The notes below the pieces were generated by a model. That model was not told the origin of the DNA and made no database searches. It saw nothing but the letters and a program-made list of their open reading frames with translations. Below are positions 21,965 to 30,503 of a stretch of DNA of 64,000 bases, in pieces. Each line of letters starts with the position of its first letter. The first letter of the stretch is position 1. The translations under genes and the position numbers were made by a program. Source of the DNA: an uncultured Gammaproteobacteria bacterium (GTDB lineage Bacteria; Pseudomonadota; Gammaproteobacteria; CAWCPV01); the NCBI GenBank assembly GCA_963797555.1, contig CAWCPV010000006.1, positions 82,662 through 146,661 of the forward strand, written 5' to 3'.

Positions 21965-22864
21965 TCAGCCTTTTCCTCCCGCAGCCAGGGTCAACGCCTT
22001 CTTGATAGCGTCCGGTGCACACATGATGGACATAAAGCTATGACCACCCATCATGGACAGATCCGGAAAATCGATCGCGATGCGGAAGCGCGCGTTCAGA
22101 GCGTAGACGGTGTTACCGGAAACGAGCATCTCGTAAGGAAGGTGCGGGCTGTGCTTGATCGGTCCAGAATCGATGCGTTCCATGATGTATTGATCTCCGC
22201 TGCAGCCTTCAGTCATATGTACCCCAAACACCGTCTCTTCCTTGCCGGAGATGTCAATACGATAGACCTTGGAGACGCCGCCGCGGCTGGCCGCTAAACC
22301 GCCTTCCACAGCTTTCACTGCCTGGTCGTAACTACCATAGGTGGCCAGCACGTCTGGTTCGTCGAAGTACGGCATACCGAACATATAGTGGTATTTGCGC
22401 AGCTTGGTGGCCGGAAGTCCGTCCTTCGATCCGAAGGCTTCCACCATGCCGAGGGCGTCCGTGAGGGACGACTGGACGCCGCTGGAGTCGTAGCCCATGC
22501 GGTAGGCACTCGCCATATAGAGGGGATTGGTGTAGGCGATCTGGACCTCGTCACCCGCCTGGGTCACCGACACCCGCTGCATCGCGCCGAAGCCTCCCTT
22601 CTCCGACTTCGCGGCGCCCGCCCGCAGATCATCGTTCGTCACCACGAGGATGTGGGCTTCGGGATACGGCGAGTATTCCCCGACAACTTGGAGCCCATGG
22701 CCGCCCAGGCTCTGCCTGACCTCGACCACCTTGTCCTGAAGCTGTCCTGGCCCACGCCACGCGAGATAGAAAGGCTTGAGATTTTCGTCCGCCGCACAGG
22801 CCGGACCCTGCACCGCAGCCCACAGCAGGGCCGGCCACAGGATGGCTTTCGTTACTGTTCGCAT
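21965..22864 (-). CDS. Secreted conserved hypothetical protein
   Basis: 299 aa with signal peptide, AGGAG RBS and terminator; motifs LRKYHYMFGMPYF and RFRIAIDFPDLSMMG. Confidence 0.8.
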   Translation of the reverse strand: MRTVTKAILWPALLWAAVQGPACAADENLKPFYLAWRGPGQLQDKVVEVRQSLGGHGLQVVGEYSPYPEAHILVVTNDDLRAGAAKSEKGGFGAMQRVSVTQAGDEVQIAYTNPLYMASAYRMGYDSSGVQSSLTDALGMVEAFGSKDGLPATKLRKYHYMFGMPYFDEPDVLATYGSYDQAVKAVEGGLAASRGGVSKVYRIDISGKEETVFGVHMTEGCSGDQYIMERIDSGPIKHSPHLPYEMLVSGNTVYALNARFRIAIDFPDLSMMGGHSFMSIMCAPDAIKKALTLAAGGKG

Positions 22865-23064
22865 GTTTTCGTCTCCTGTTGGTGAGTCTCGGTCTTCCCA
22901 TGTATATCATAGACGGCGGATTGCGGGCCGTCGCTGCGCGGACCACTTCAGGGCCCCATCCTCCTCACTGGCACCCTCATGATGCCAGAGGTACTCATCC
23001 TGACGACTGGACTTTTCCTGAGTAGCGTTCCAGCAGCGGGGGCTTACTCGGGGGTCAGGGTTGC

Positions 23065-23167
23065 AGGGTACTTCCATCGCGTTCTGCTTGGGGTGCACGT
23101 TCGACCCGTCGGGCCCGAGAAGCGGGACCGCTGGGAGGCGCTGATGCGCTCGCATCACTATCTGGGC
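23065..23167 (+). pseudogene. DUF4338-type remnant
   Basis: GVHVRPVGPEKRDRWEALMRSHHYLG. Confidence 0.55.
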
Positions 23168-23301
23168 CCGCGCTCATCCTCGAGTGGCTCCGGCAGGAGA
23201 CAGGGCCGCCGGGCGGTGGAGTGGACGGTGTTCCTGAGCACCCACTGCTCGCTCCGGGCTCGCACCGCCCCTGTCCTTGGTGTTAGAATCTCAGAGCCGA
23301 T

Positions 23302-23377
<76 letters not shown>

Positions 23378-23417
23378 TCCACGCGGGGCCGGGCAATGCC
23401 CGGCCCGCTTGTGCCCC

Positions 23418-23494
23418 GCCCCGGTAGCTCAGCAGGATAGAGCGTCCCCCTCCTAAGGGGAAGGTCAGCCGTTCGAGTCGGCTCCGGGGCGCCA
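23418..23494 (+). tRNA. tRNA-Arg(CCT)
   Basis: GCCCCGG acceptor, TCCCC-CT-CCT-AA-GGGGA anticodon arm, GTTCGAG, CCA end. Confidence 0.97.
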
Positions 23495-23516
23495 CTCTCG
23501 GGAAGTGAAGGAGGCT

Positions 23517-23538
23517 CGGTGCTACCGCGGTGCTACCG
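23517..23538 (+). repeat. Tandem 11-bp direct repeat CGGTGCTACCG x2 (candidate integrase arm site)
   Basis: Perfect tandem repeat 22 bp downstream of tRNA-Arg; function inferred. Confidence 0.5.
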
Positions 23539-23716
23539 AACCAAGACCGGCCGGGGCGTTACCCGTAACGCGTTACGGTGCTGTTACGATGCGCCGGCAG
23601 GCACAAAAAACCCCGCGCGGGGCGGGGTGAAGGGGGTGGGGTACTACCCTACATGCTCGGGCGAGATTGGGGCGTTAGGCGAAGCCTACGCCCGCTGTGG
23701 GTGAGCAGTGTCGAGA

Positions 23717-23764
23717 CTTGACACGGTGATGCGGACGGTGGTTCGATCCTATTCGTGCCTACCA
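23717..23764 (+). pseudogene. Degenerate 3' half of tRNA-Val(GAC), att-site remnant
   Basis: CTTGACACGGTG...GGTTCGATCC..TCGTGCCTACCA runs from the anticodon loop to CCA; no 5' half. Confidence 0.65.
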
Positions 23765-23920
23765 GCTTCAAGACGGTAACAGAGGGTTCGGGGTAACCGA
23801 ACCCACACCACAACCCCGCACGCGGCGAGGTCCAGGGTGGCGGGATGTTAGGGCTACGGGGTCCGTGTTGTCTCGGCTTCTGTCAGAAACTCAGTCCAGG
23901 CGCGCATGCACTAGGCTGTC

Positions 23921-24214
23921 ATGGCTAATAATCGCAAAGCTCGAAAGCAGATCAAGACCACCGTTCGCGCCATCAGCAACGCGCTGTATGGTGCCGGTAC
24001 TGTTGTTCAGCTCTGGCCTGACTGCCCCACCATGCGAAAAATTGTGAGGTCGCCGGATGGTCGGTGGACGGTGCGTAGCTCTTCTGTCCCTGTCCACTGT
24101 GACCATGGCTATGCCTCTGATTGTGAGGCAATGCAAAGCGACTGGGTACGTATCGGCGGGGACGTGAAGGTGGCACTCGCGAAATGGCGACGTGACTACG
24201 AAAAGAAGGGATAA
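23921..24214 (+). CDS. Hypothetical protein (partner of DUF2335 gene)
   Basis: 97 aa ending SDCEAMQSDWVRIGGDVKVAL; overlaps the next ORF. Confidence 0.55.
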   Translation: MANNRKARKQIKTTVRAISNALYGAGTVVQLWPDCPTMRKIVRSPDGRWTVRSSSVPVHCDHGYASDCEAMQSDWVRIGGDVKVALAKWRRDYEKKG

Positions 24215-24620
24215 GCGCCTACCGGAGGCGAAGGATGCTTTGTCCTCGCAGGATGCTTCCTCCCATCATCAAGGGGCGCCCCAGCAAATAACAGCCAAAT
24301 GGCAAGGTCCATTACCGCCTCCCGCTTTACTTGATCAATACGAACGCACTCTGCCCGGTGCAGCCGAGCGCATTTTGGCCATGGCTGAGAAGGAACAAGG
24401 GCACCGGCACACCTTTGAGCAGTCCGCCATCCGCATTGATGCCCGAGAAGCCTCTGTCGGGCAGTGGTTGGCGTTCGCCATCGGAGCGCTTACGATTATA
24501 TGTGGCACCTACACGGCAACTCATGGAGCCCAAGTAGCCGGTGCCTTCATCGGAACCGGCGGCGTGGTTGGATTGGTTTCTGCCTTCATCTTCGGGCGGG
24601 TGCGTCGACCGCCAGATTGA
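24192..24620 (+). CDS. DUF2335-like membrane protein
   Basis: WQGPLPPP.LL..YE..LPGAAERIL.MAEKEQ.HR plus two TM helices. Confidence 0.85.
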   Translation: MTTKRRDKRLPEAKDALSSQDASSHHQGAPQQITAKWQGPLPPPALLDQYERTLPGAAERILAMAEKEQGHRHTFEQSAIRIDAREASVGQWLAFAIGALTIICGTYTATHGAQVAGAFIGTGGVVGLVSAFIFGRVRRPPD

Positions 24621-24645
24621 GCTGGCGTACCGCTAGGAGCATCTC

Positions 24646-25134
24646 GTGACCATCCGTACGACGCCGGCGAAACTTCACTGGAACTACTTCCTGGCGTTAG
24701 AGCGGGATATGGACTTAACGTCTCGCTACGTCGAATTCTGCCAATCAAACTTCTTAGCTTTTTCTATAGAGTTTGCCCATCTTCTATTTGCCGCTGCATC
24801 TGAGGTTGATGTTGTTGCGAAGCTCCTCTGCGAACTAGTGGAGCCTGCTGCGCCGAGAGGAAATATCGATGCGTACAGGTCCGTTTTGCTTCCTGCGCTG
24901 CCAAATCTTCCCGATACCGAAGTAATTGTTCTTCGCTATGGATTGACCTTCCAGCCGTGGGAGAACTGGGCTAACGGCGAGAATCCGGATTGGTGGCGCT
25001 ACTACTCCCGCAAACTAGCCGCACAGCCAAATGAAGTTCTGGCCCCGAAGGACACGACGCAACAGTTGTATCCCCAGTCAGAATTGATTCGTCTCCACGG
25101 AGACTACTACCACAGATATCTAGTGGCTTCTTGA
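24646..25134 (+). CDS. Hypothetical cargo protein (lower GC, possibly internally deleted)
   Basis: AGGAG RBS; HWNYFLALE.D....SRYVEF...N...FSIEF...SEVDVV.K.LC; PW.NW....PDWW. Confidence 0.7.
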   Translation: MTIRTTPAKLHWNYFLALERDMDLTSRYVEFCQSNFLAFSIEFAHLLFAAASEVDVVAKLLCELVEPAAPRGNIDAYRSVLLPALPNLPDTEVIVLRYGLTFQPWENWANGENPDWWRYYSRKLAAQPNEVLAPKDTTQQLYPQSELIRLHGDYYHRYLVAS

Positions 25135-25278
25135 GCCCTCGGTGTGTCACGGGCAGCGCTCGCAGTCGGGGCCCGGGGCCTAACGCGGGAAGGGGCGGAG
25201 GGGTGACTGTGGGAACGAGCGTGGCGCCGGTCGGGGATGAGTAGTATCAGAAACGGCAAATCTAACCACGGATTCTTC

Positions 25279-25304
25279 AAAAAAACCCCCGGCCGAAGCC
25301 GGGG
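25279..25304 (-). terminator. Intrinsic terminator ending the satellite operon
   Basis: On the minus strand CCCCGGC-TTCG-GCCGGGG followed by a T run. Confidence 0.75.
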
Positions 25305-25415
25305 AGGAAGGAGCGACAGACGAAGTTGCCGCGTCGCGCCGGGGAGTGAGGCCGGCGACCGGAGCGGTGCGTCCCGCAGCCCGCGGTTCTCAGCGCAGGC
25401 GGCGGCCGGTGGGCT

Positions 25416-25622
25416 TTACTTGCGGCGCCCTACATGCCCCAGGGCGGCAGTACGCTCCTGTCCCAGCTCCAACGCCATGGCCTCGGAGCGCGACATGCAG
25501 AACAGGACTTTCGAGTCACCTACGAGCCGTTGACCCTCGGCAGCGCTGATGACACTGCGCACAAAGGCAAACGTACCGTCGTGCCGGCGGCGCATCACAA
25601 CCCAGGGATCGCGTCGACTCAT
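25416..25622 (-). CDS. Small hypothetical protein
   Basis: ATGA overlap with the upstream ORF; 68 aa, MSRRDPWVV... Confidence 0.55.
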   Translation of the reverse strand: MSRRDPWVVMRRRHDGTFAFVRSVISAAEGQRLVGDSKVLFCMSRSEAMALELGQERTAALGHVGRRK

Positions 25623-25885
25623 TGCAACCCCTGCGCCGCAGGGCACAGCGTCGATCCAGCGGGTATCTCGGTCACGTCCAACGGCTGCGTAAAAAGCAGC
25701 CCGTCGCCGGTAATCATCGCAAAAACTCCAGCCGACTCCTCGGTGCAAACCGCGACGGCAGGAATCCCGGGCACAGAATCACGAAGTTTGGCCGCAACCG
25801 CAGTGGCGCATTTACGGCAAATTCCGGCATGGCGCTGGAACGAACGCGATGCAGCTCGGACTTGGGTACGGGTCAGGGTGCTCAT
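25619..25885 (-). CDS. Small hypothetical protein
   Basis: TAATG coupling to the capsid gene stop; 88 aa. Confidence 0.6.
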   Translation of the reverse strand: MSTLTRTQVRAASRSFQRHAGICRKCATAVAAKLRDSVPGIPAVAVCTEESAGVFAMITGDGLLFTQPLDVTEIPAGSTLCPAAQGLQ

Positions 25886-26934
25886 TATGCGGTTGCCTTC
25901 ACAATACCGTTCCGGCCAATTGCCTGAATCCCGGTAATGAACTCGAATCGAAACGCTTGACCGTCATACGTTAGTGGCGTGCGGACTCGGGAAACACTCG
26001 GAGTATTCGGGAAGTTCAGCGCCATCCTGGCGATGACGGGTGCAATCGCCGGGTCACCCATTAGATAGGATGCCCCGCTCGGCAACCATGGGTTGCAGAT
26101 AACTTGAATACCAGGAACGCCAGCATACAAACTCGCCACGGTGGCCGCCGCTGCGATCTCCGAATCGCCAGGGACCACCCAAAACGCAGGCTTGATATTG
26201 CCGACGTTGCCGACTCCCGTGGTGTTCGTCCGCAACTTCGCGGCCGCATTACCCAAACCCGTTATCGTGGCGACTCCACCCGAGACCGAATTGCCGGCGC
26301 CGATCAACGGTGCGCCGTCGCCCAAATTGCCGTTTGCCTGAATGACAGCGGCAATCTGCGCCGCTTCTATTCTCGCCGCATGTCCCGACAATTGCTCGGT
26401 CGCCGAAATAATAATGTCCGCGTCACCATTGATCAACATTTGGCGAGAGACGAGAAAACGCGCACCAAAAACAGAAGGCTCCCCGGTGACTCCGGCACTG
26501 GCGAGAATCGGAGCGAATTGAATCGGTCCTCCGCTCTTCGGAATAAACGAAAGCTCGCCCAGATCCAGCTCGGGAAACGAAATCGGCCTAAGATCGCGAG
26601 CTACGATGTCCCGACAAATAGAGCCATGCTCCGCAGATTGTTTATCGTAGCTGATGGCGGGAACTCGCGACAACGCGACGGCGAGAGCCTCCCCAAAATC
26701 CGACGTGGTTAGCTGTCTCGTCGCTTCGGAGCCGGTGCGCCCGCTGCCATGGCCGCTCAAATGCGCTGCGATGTCAAGCAACGAAACTCGCTCGTCCGGG
26801 CCGTTGAGCAGCTCCGCGACCGGGTGCGCGTCGGGCACGCGCTGCCCAGCTCGGAGGAGGAGAAAATCAGGCAGAGCTTCGAGAATGTCTTGCCTGGCGA
26901 ACGGAATCGGTCGGGTCAATCGTGGCTCTGGCAT
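25885..26934 (-). CDS. Divergent phage major-capsid-like protein (Mu gpT/Gifsy-2 type, no protease domain)
   Basis: AAGGAGGT RBS; TTSDF..AL, FG..F.VSRQ.LIN.D, N.NL.DG.PL, NIKP.F.VVP, YLM.DP, DG..F.....G...I.R.G.VK match the capsid half of protease-capsid fusions. Confidence 0.7.
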   Translation of the reverse strand: MPEPRLTRPIPFARQDILEALPDFLLLRAGQRVPDAHPVAELLNGPDERVSLLDIAAHLSGHGSGRTGSEATRQLTTSDFGEALAVALSRVPAISYDKQSAEHGSICRDIVARDLRPISFPELDLGELSFIPKSGGPIQFAPILASAGVTGEPSVFGARFLVSRQMLINGDADIIISATEQLSGHAARIEAAQIAAVIQANGNLGDGAPLIGAGNSVSGGVATITGLGNAAAKLRTNTTGVGNVGNIKPAFWVVPGDSEIAAAATVASLYAGVPGIQVICNPWLPSGASYLMGDPAIAPVIARMALNFPNTPSVSRVRTPLTYDGQAFRFEFITGIQAIGRNGIVKATA

Positions 26935-27058
26935 GGTCACCTCCTTGATCATGGCGTTATACACATCTCCCCGTAGCTAGGGCTGCTGCCCCTCTGGACA
27001 CAGCCCCCGGAAGCTGATTCAATGCCCCCATCGTTCACCAGGTGACGAGGGGGAGCAG

Positions 27059-27931
27059 ATGGAGAAGGGGTTGCCGAGGTGGTTGGGTGGGCGCGTGCTG
27101 AGCGCGGGGGAGCTTGAGAGCATACGGCGGGAGGCTCGGCTGGCGGAGCCCCGAGTGCGAGCCGAGGTGGCGCGGCGGGTGTGTCGGGTGCTGGGGTGGA
27201 CCGATGCAGCCGGTAGGCCCAAGCTGATGAGCTGTCGAGTCGGGCTGCTGCGGCTGCATCGGGCAGGCTGGATCGAGCTGCCGGCGCCGCGCAACGGTAA
27301 CGGCAATGGGAAGGGGCTGTCGCGCGAGCCGCAAGATTGGCCCGCTGAGGTACCGGTGGTGGGCGCAGTGCGGGATTTGCAGGGTCTGCACTTGGCGCCG
27401 GTTGCTGACCCGGCGGACTCGGCGCTGTGGAATGGGCTCATCGACCGGTACCATTATTTGGGCTACCGGCCGCTGCCCGGTGCCCAGCTGCGCTATCTGA
27501 TTCGCTGGGACGCGGGTGTGGTGGGGGCCATGGGCTTCGGGGCCGCGGCCTGGAAGGTGGGCGTGCGCGACCGCTGGATTGGCTGGGATGCGCCAAGCCG
27601 TGCGCAGCACCTGGGGCAGGTGCTGAACCATGCGCGGTTTCTCATTCTGCCGTGGGTGCGGGTGGCGAACCTGGCCTCCAAGGTCCTCGGGCGGGCCGCG
27701 CGGCAGGTGCCGGGCGAGTTCGAAGAGCGCTACGGGGTACGCCCGGTGCTGCTGGAGACCTTTGTCGAGGCCGGCCGGTTCGCGGGCACCTGCTACCGGG
27801 CGGCCAACTGGCATCATCTGGGGCAGACCACCGGGCGGGGCAAGCTCGACCGTGAGGCGCTGCCCATCAAGGATGTCTATGTGTATCCGCTCGATGGCCG
27901 CTTTCGCCGGGCGCTCGGGGGAGCCGCATGA
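27059..27931 (+). CDS. DUF4338 (DruA-like) protein
   Basis: YHYLG, RDRWIGW, RFLILPWV...LASKVL, LLETFV, GTCYRAANW; ATGA overlap with the transposase. Confidence 0.88.
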   Translation: MEKGLPRWLGGRVLSAGELESIRREARLAEPRVRAEVARRVCRVLGWTDAAGRPKLMSCRVGLLRLHRAGWIELPAPRNGNGNGKGLSREPQDWPAEVPVVGAVRDLQGLHLAPVADPADSALWNGLIDRYHYLGYRPLPGAQLRYLIRWDAGVVGAMGFGAAAWKVGVRDRWIGWDAPSRAQHLGQVLNHARFLILPWVRVANLASKVLGRAARQVPGEFEERYGVRPVLLETFVEAGRFAGTCYRAANWHHLGQTTGRGKLDREALPIKDVYVYPLDGRFRRALGGAA

Positions 27932-29262
27932 ATGCCCTGGCCGAGGAGCTGGCCGCCATCGACTTGGGTGATGCGCGCCTCAACCGCCGGGCGCGACGCA
28001 CCCTGGAGAAGCTGGGAGCCCATCCCATGCAGAGCATTCCCACCGCCTGTGGCGGCTGGGCCGAGACCTTGGCGGCTTATCGGCTGTTCGACCATCCCCA
28101 GGTCACCGCCCAGGCGGTGCTCGAGCCCCATTACGCCTGCACCGAGCAGCGTATGCGCGAATACTCGGTGGTGCTGTGCATCCAAGACACCACGGAAGGG
28201 GACTATAGCGGCAAGAACGACATCGTCGGGCTGGGCCCGCTCAACTACGAGACCCGCCGTGGATTGTACCTGCACCCCACCCTCGCCGTGACCCCCGAGC
28301 GGGTGCCCTTGGGGCTATTGGATCTATGGAGCTGGACCCGCGAGGCGGGCAGTCTGGGCAAGGAGCAGGGCCGCCGGCCCATCGAGGAAAAAGAGAGCCT
28401 GCGCTGGCTGGAGGGTTATCGACGCGTCTCGGAGCTCATCGAGTCCCTGCCCGAGACCCAGTTGGTCTATGTCGCCGACCGCGAGGCCGACATCTACGAG
28501 GTGCTCGCGGAACGCGCCGCCACGCAGCCCTGCGCCGAGTGGCTCATCCGCGCCGAGCGCGCCCGGCTCGCAAGCGCGCCGGTGCTGGCCGAGGCCGAAT
28601 TCGACCTGCCCGCCACCGCTAGGCGTCCGGCGCGGCGCATCCACCAGCAACTGCGCGTCGCACGCCTCACTTTCAAGGCCCCGCATCGCTCGGACCGCAC
28701 CCTGGCGGACATCGAGGTGAGCGCCGTGCTGGCCCGCGAGGTGGACCCGCCCCAGGGCGAGGAGCCCATCGAGTGGCTGCTCCTCACCAGCCTCCCCGTC
28801 GAGACCGCCGAGCAGGCCCTGGAGAAGCTCCAATGGTACCTCTGCCGGTGGCAAATCGAGGTGTTCTTCAAGATCCTCAAAAGCGGCTGCCGCATCGAGA
28901 AGCTGCAGCTCGAGACCCTCGAACGCCTGGAGCCCGCGCTCGCCTTCTACCTCATCATCGCCTGGCGGGTGCTCTACCTCACCCTGCTCGGGCGCGACTG
29001 CCCGCAGATGCCCTGCAACGTGGTGTTCGCCGAGGAGGAATGGCGCGCGGTGTATATCGTCACCAAGCGCCAGCCCCCGCCTGAGACACCCCCCTCGCTC
29101 GATGCGATGGTGCGTATGGTGGCGAGCTTCGGCGGCTTCCTCAATCGCAAGGGCGACGGCTTCCCGGGTCCGCAAAGCCTGTGGATCGGGCTGCAGCGAA
29201 CCCGCGACTTCGTGCTCGCCATGGACGCACAACGGGCCTCACAGAGCCCGAGATGTGTATAA
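27928..29262 (+). CDS. IS50/Tn5-like DDE transposase
   Basis: LGDARL..R, IQDTT, VADRE.D, Y..RWQIE.FFK.LKSG, GGFL.RK.DG.PG. Confidence 0.92.
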   Translation: MNALAEELAAIDLGDARLNRRARRTLEKLGAHPMQSIPTACGGWAETLAAYRLFDHPQVTAQAVLEPHYACTEQRMREYSVVLCIQDTTEGDYSGKNDIVGLGPLNYETRRGLYLHPTLAVTPERVPLGLLDLWSWTREAGSLGKEQGRRPIEEKESLRWLEGYRRVSELIESLPETQLVYVADREADIYEVLAERAATQPCAEWLIRAERARLASAPVLAEAEFDLPATARRPARRIHQQLRVARLTFKAPHRSDRTLADIEVSAVLAREVDPPQGEEPIEWLLLTSLPVETAEQALEKLQWYLCRWQIEVFFKILKSGCRIEKLQLETLERLEPALAFYLIIAWRVLYLTLLGRDCPQMPCNVVFAEEEWRAVYIVTKRQPPPETPPSLDAMVRMVASFGGFLNRKGDGFPGPQSLWIGLQRTRDFVLAMDAQRASQSPRCV

Positions 29263-29276
29263 GGACATGCCTTGAT

Positions 29277-29670
29277 GCCCTATCAGACCGTGCCTGGAAC
29301 CGCAATTGCTGCGGGTATTTTTCAGTATCTCGTAAGGCTGGCGACGCGATGTCGGGACATGGCAGCCCGAAGCCAGGACAGCTTGAACTGTTGCGCCAAC
29401 ATCGCCCGTGCGAACCTTGCGACGTAGCAAGATTGAGATCTGCCCGGCGAGCGCCCACGTGGACCGCGAGCCGGTAGGGTCCACCAGCTCCCCAAGCCTG
29501 GCAATCGCGGAATCTCGCAACTGACGGGCGCCCGGGCCCGCCAGATCCAGGGCGTGCTCTAGGTCCTCACCGGACTGCCAACGGGTCAACGCCTCCGTGA
29601 TCCAGCCGGCGAGACCCGGGTCGTGGACCCGGGCCAGCGCGACGAGCTGGTTGAGCCGAGATCGGCTCAT
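29277..29670 (-). CDS. Hypothetical satellite protein (3' end altered by the IS)
   Basis: ATGA-coupled ORF within the minus-strand operon. Confidence 0.55.
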
Positions 29671-29870
29671 CTTGGAATGGGCGATGCCGTCGGTGGTGAT
29701 GTCGGTGGTGGTTGTGGTCGCACCGAATGTGCGCCAAGGACCGCATGAGCGTGGAGCAGCGAGGTCAACGCCTTGTCGGCCGCCTCGAAGGAGGCGATAA
29801 CATCGCCCTTGTGCGCCGGCTTTAGGTGGCCTTCAATCTCGTCATACAGCGTTTGAAGTTGAATCAGCAT
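29667..29870 (-). CDS. Small hypothetical protein
   Basis: GAGGTG RBS directly after the terS stop; 67 aa. Confidence 0.55.
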   Translation of the reverse strand: MLIQLQTLYDEIEGHLKPAHKGDVIASFEAADKALTSLLHAHAVLGAHSVRPQPPPTSPPTASPIPR

Positions 29871-29884
29871 AATCGCGCACCTCG

Positions 29885-30418
29885 CTATTGTGGAATTTGG
29901 ACGTCCCACGCCTGCGCCAACTCGATGCAGACGGCGCGTCCTTCGGCCTTCAGCTTCTCGTACACGGCGCGCTCGTCGGTCTCGGCTGCCAAAATTGGCG
30001 CGAGTCTATCGGCCAGCGCTAATATACGGTCGCGAGCGGTGCGGGCACCCATAAACGCTGTGGTCTCGACGCGGCTTCGCTCCACCAGCTCGCCGGCGCG
30101 CTCGCGAATCCGCATGTCGATCAATTCGCGCTGACTCTTGGCAAGCTGCGCTCTCTCTTGGTCAAGGCGAAGGTGAATGTCGGCCACTTGCTCCCCGAAG
30201 TCCTCACGGATCTTTTGGCGCACAGCCCAAAGGACCACGCTTCTCGGGTCGAATCGGTGCGCTTGCCCGCGCCGGCCGCGTTCCCAAATTGGAAGCGGGT
30301 CGTTCCTGCGCGTGGTAAGCGTCGTCAGCCATCGCGGCGTAATACCCCCAAGCACATAACGGGTTTGCTCGGAGCTCCACAGGTAGGAACCGGGCGTTAA
30401 TTTGGCGTTGTCATCCAA
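29885..30418 (-). CDS. Nu1-like small terminase subunit
   Basis: N-terminal wHTH (LGGITPRWL...LP...G.RG..HRFD...V..W), coiled coil ERAQL..Q.E..DM......GELV, ARDRILAL.DRLAP.LA; AGGAG RBS. Confidence 0.78.
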   Translation of the reverse strand: MDDNAKLTPGSYLWSSEQTRYVLGGITPRWLTTLTTRRNDPLPIWERGRRGQAHRFDPRSVVLWAVRQKIREDFGEQVADIHLRLDQERAQLAKSQRELIDMRIRERAGELVERSRVETTAFMGARTARDRILALADRLAPILAAETDERAVYEKLKAEGRAVCIELAQAWDVQIPQ

Positions 30419-30503
30419 CGTACGAACTCCTTAGGGAAGTGTTAGCCTACGGATTTATCGCCGGCTTGCTCGCTCGCAGCGAAGGGACGCCAGGAGAACC
30501 TAG

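Larger units (their letters stand above)
26950..29269 (+). mobile_element. IS4-family (IS50-like) element carrying a DUF4338 gene
   Basis: 20-bp inverted repeats CATGGCGTTATACACATCTC / CATGTCCTTATACACATCTC; CCTTGAT duplicated at 26943-49 and 29270-76. Confidence 0.9.

Noticed and set aside
23805-25190. Integron attC sites around the cargo genes (GTTAGGG near 23846, GCCTAAC near 25178)
   Set aside because: No convincing paired R/L boxes and no integron integrase.
27059-27931. Druantia anti-phage system
   Set aside because: Only the DUF4338 gene is present, inside an IS; no DruE helicase or other dru genes.
29251-29269. Nextera adapter contamination (AGATGTGTATAAG)
   Set aside because: It has an inverted partner at 26950, a target duplication and an enclosed Tn5-like transposase, so it is a real IS end.
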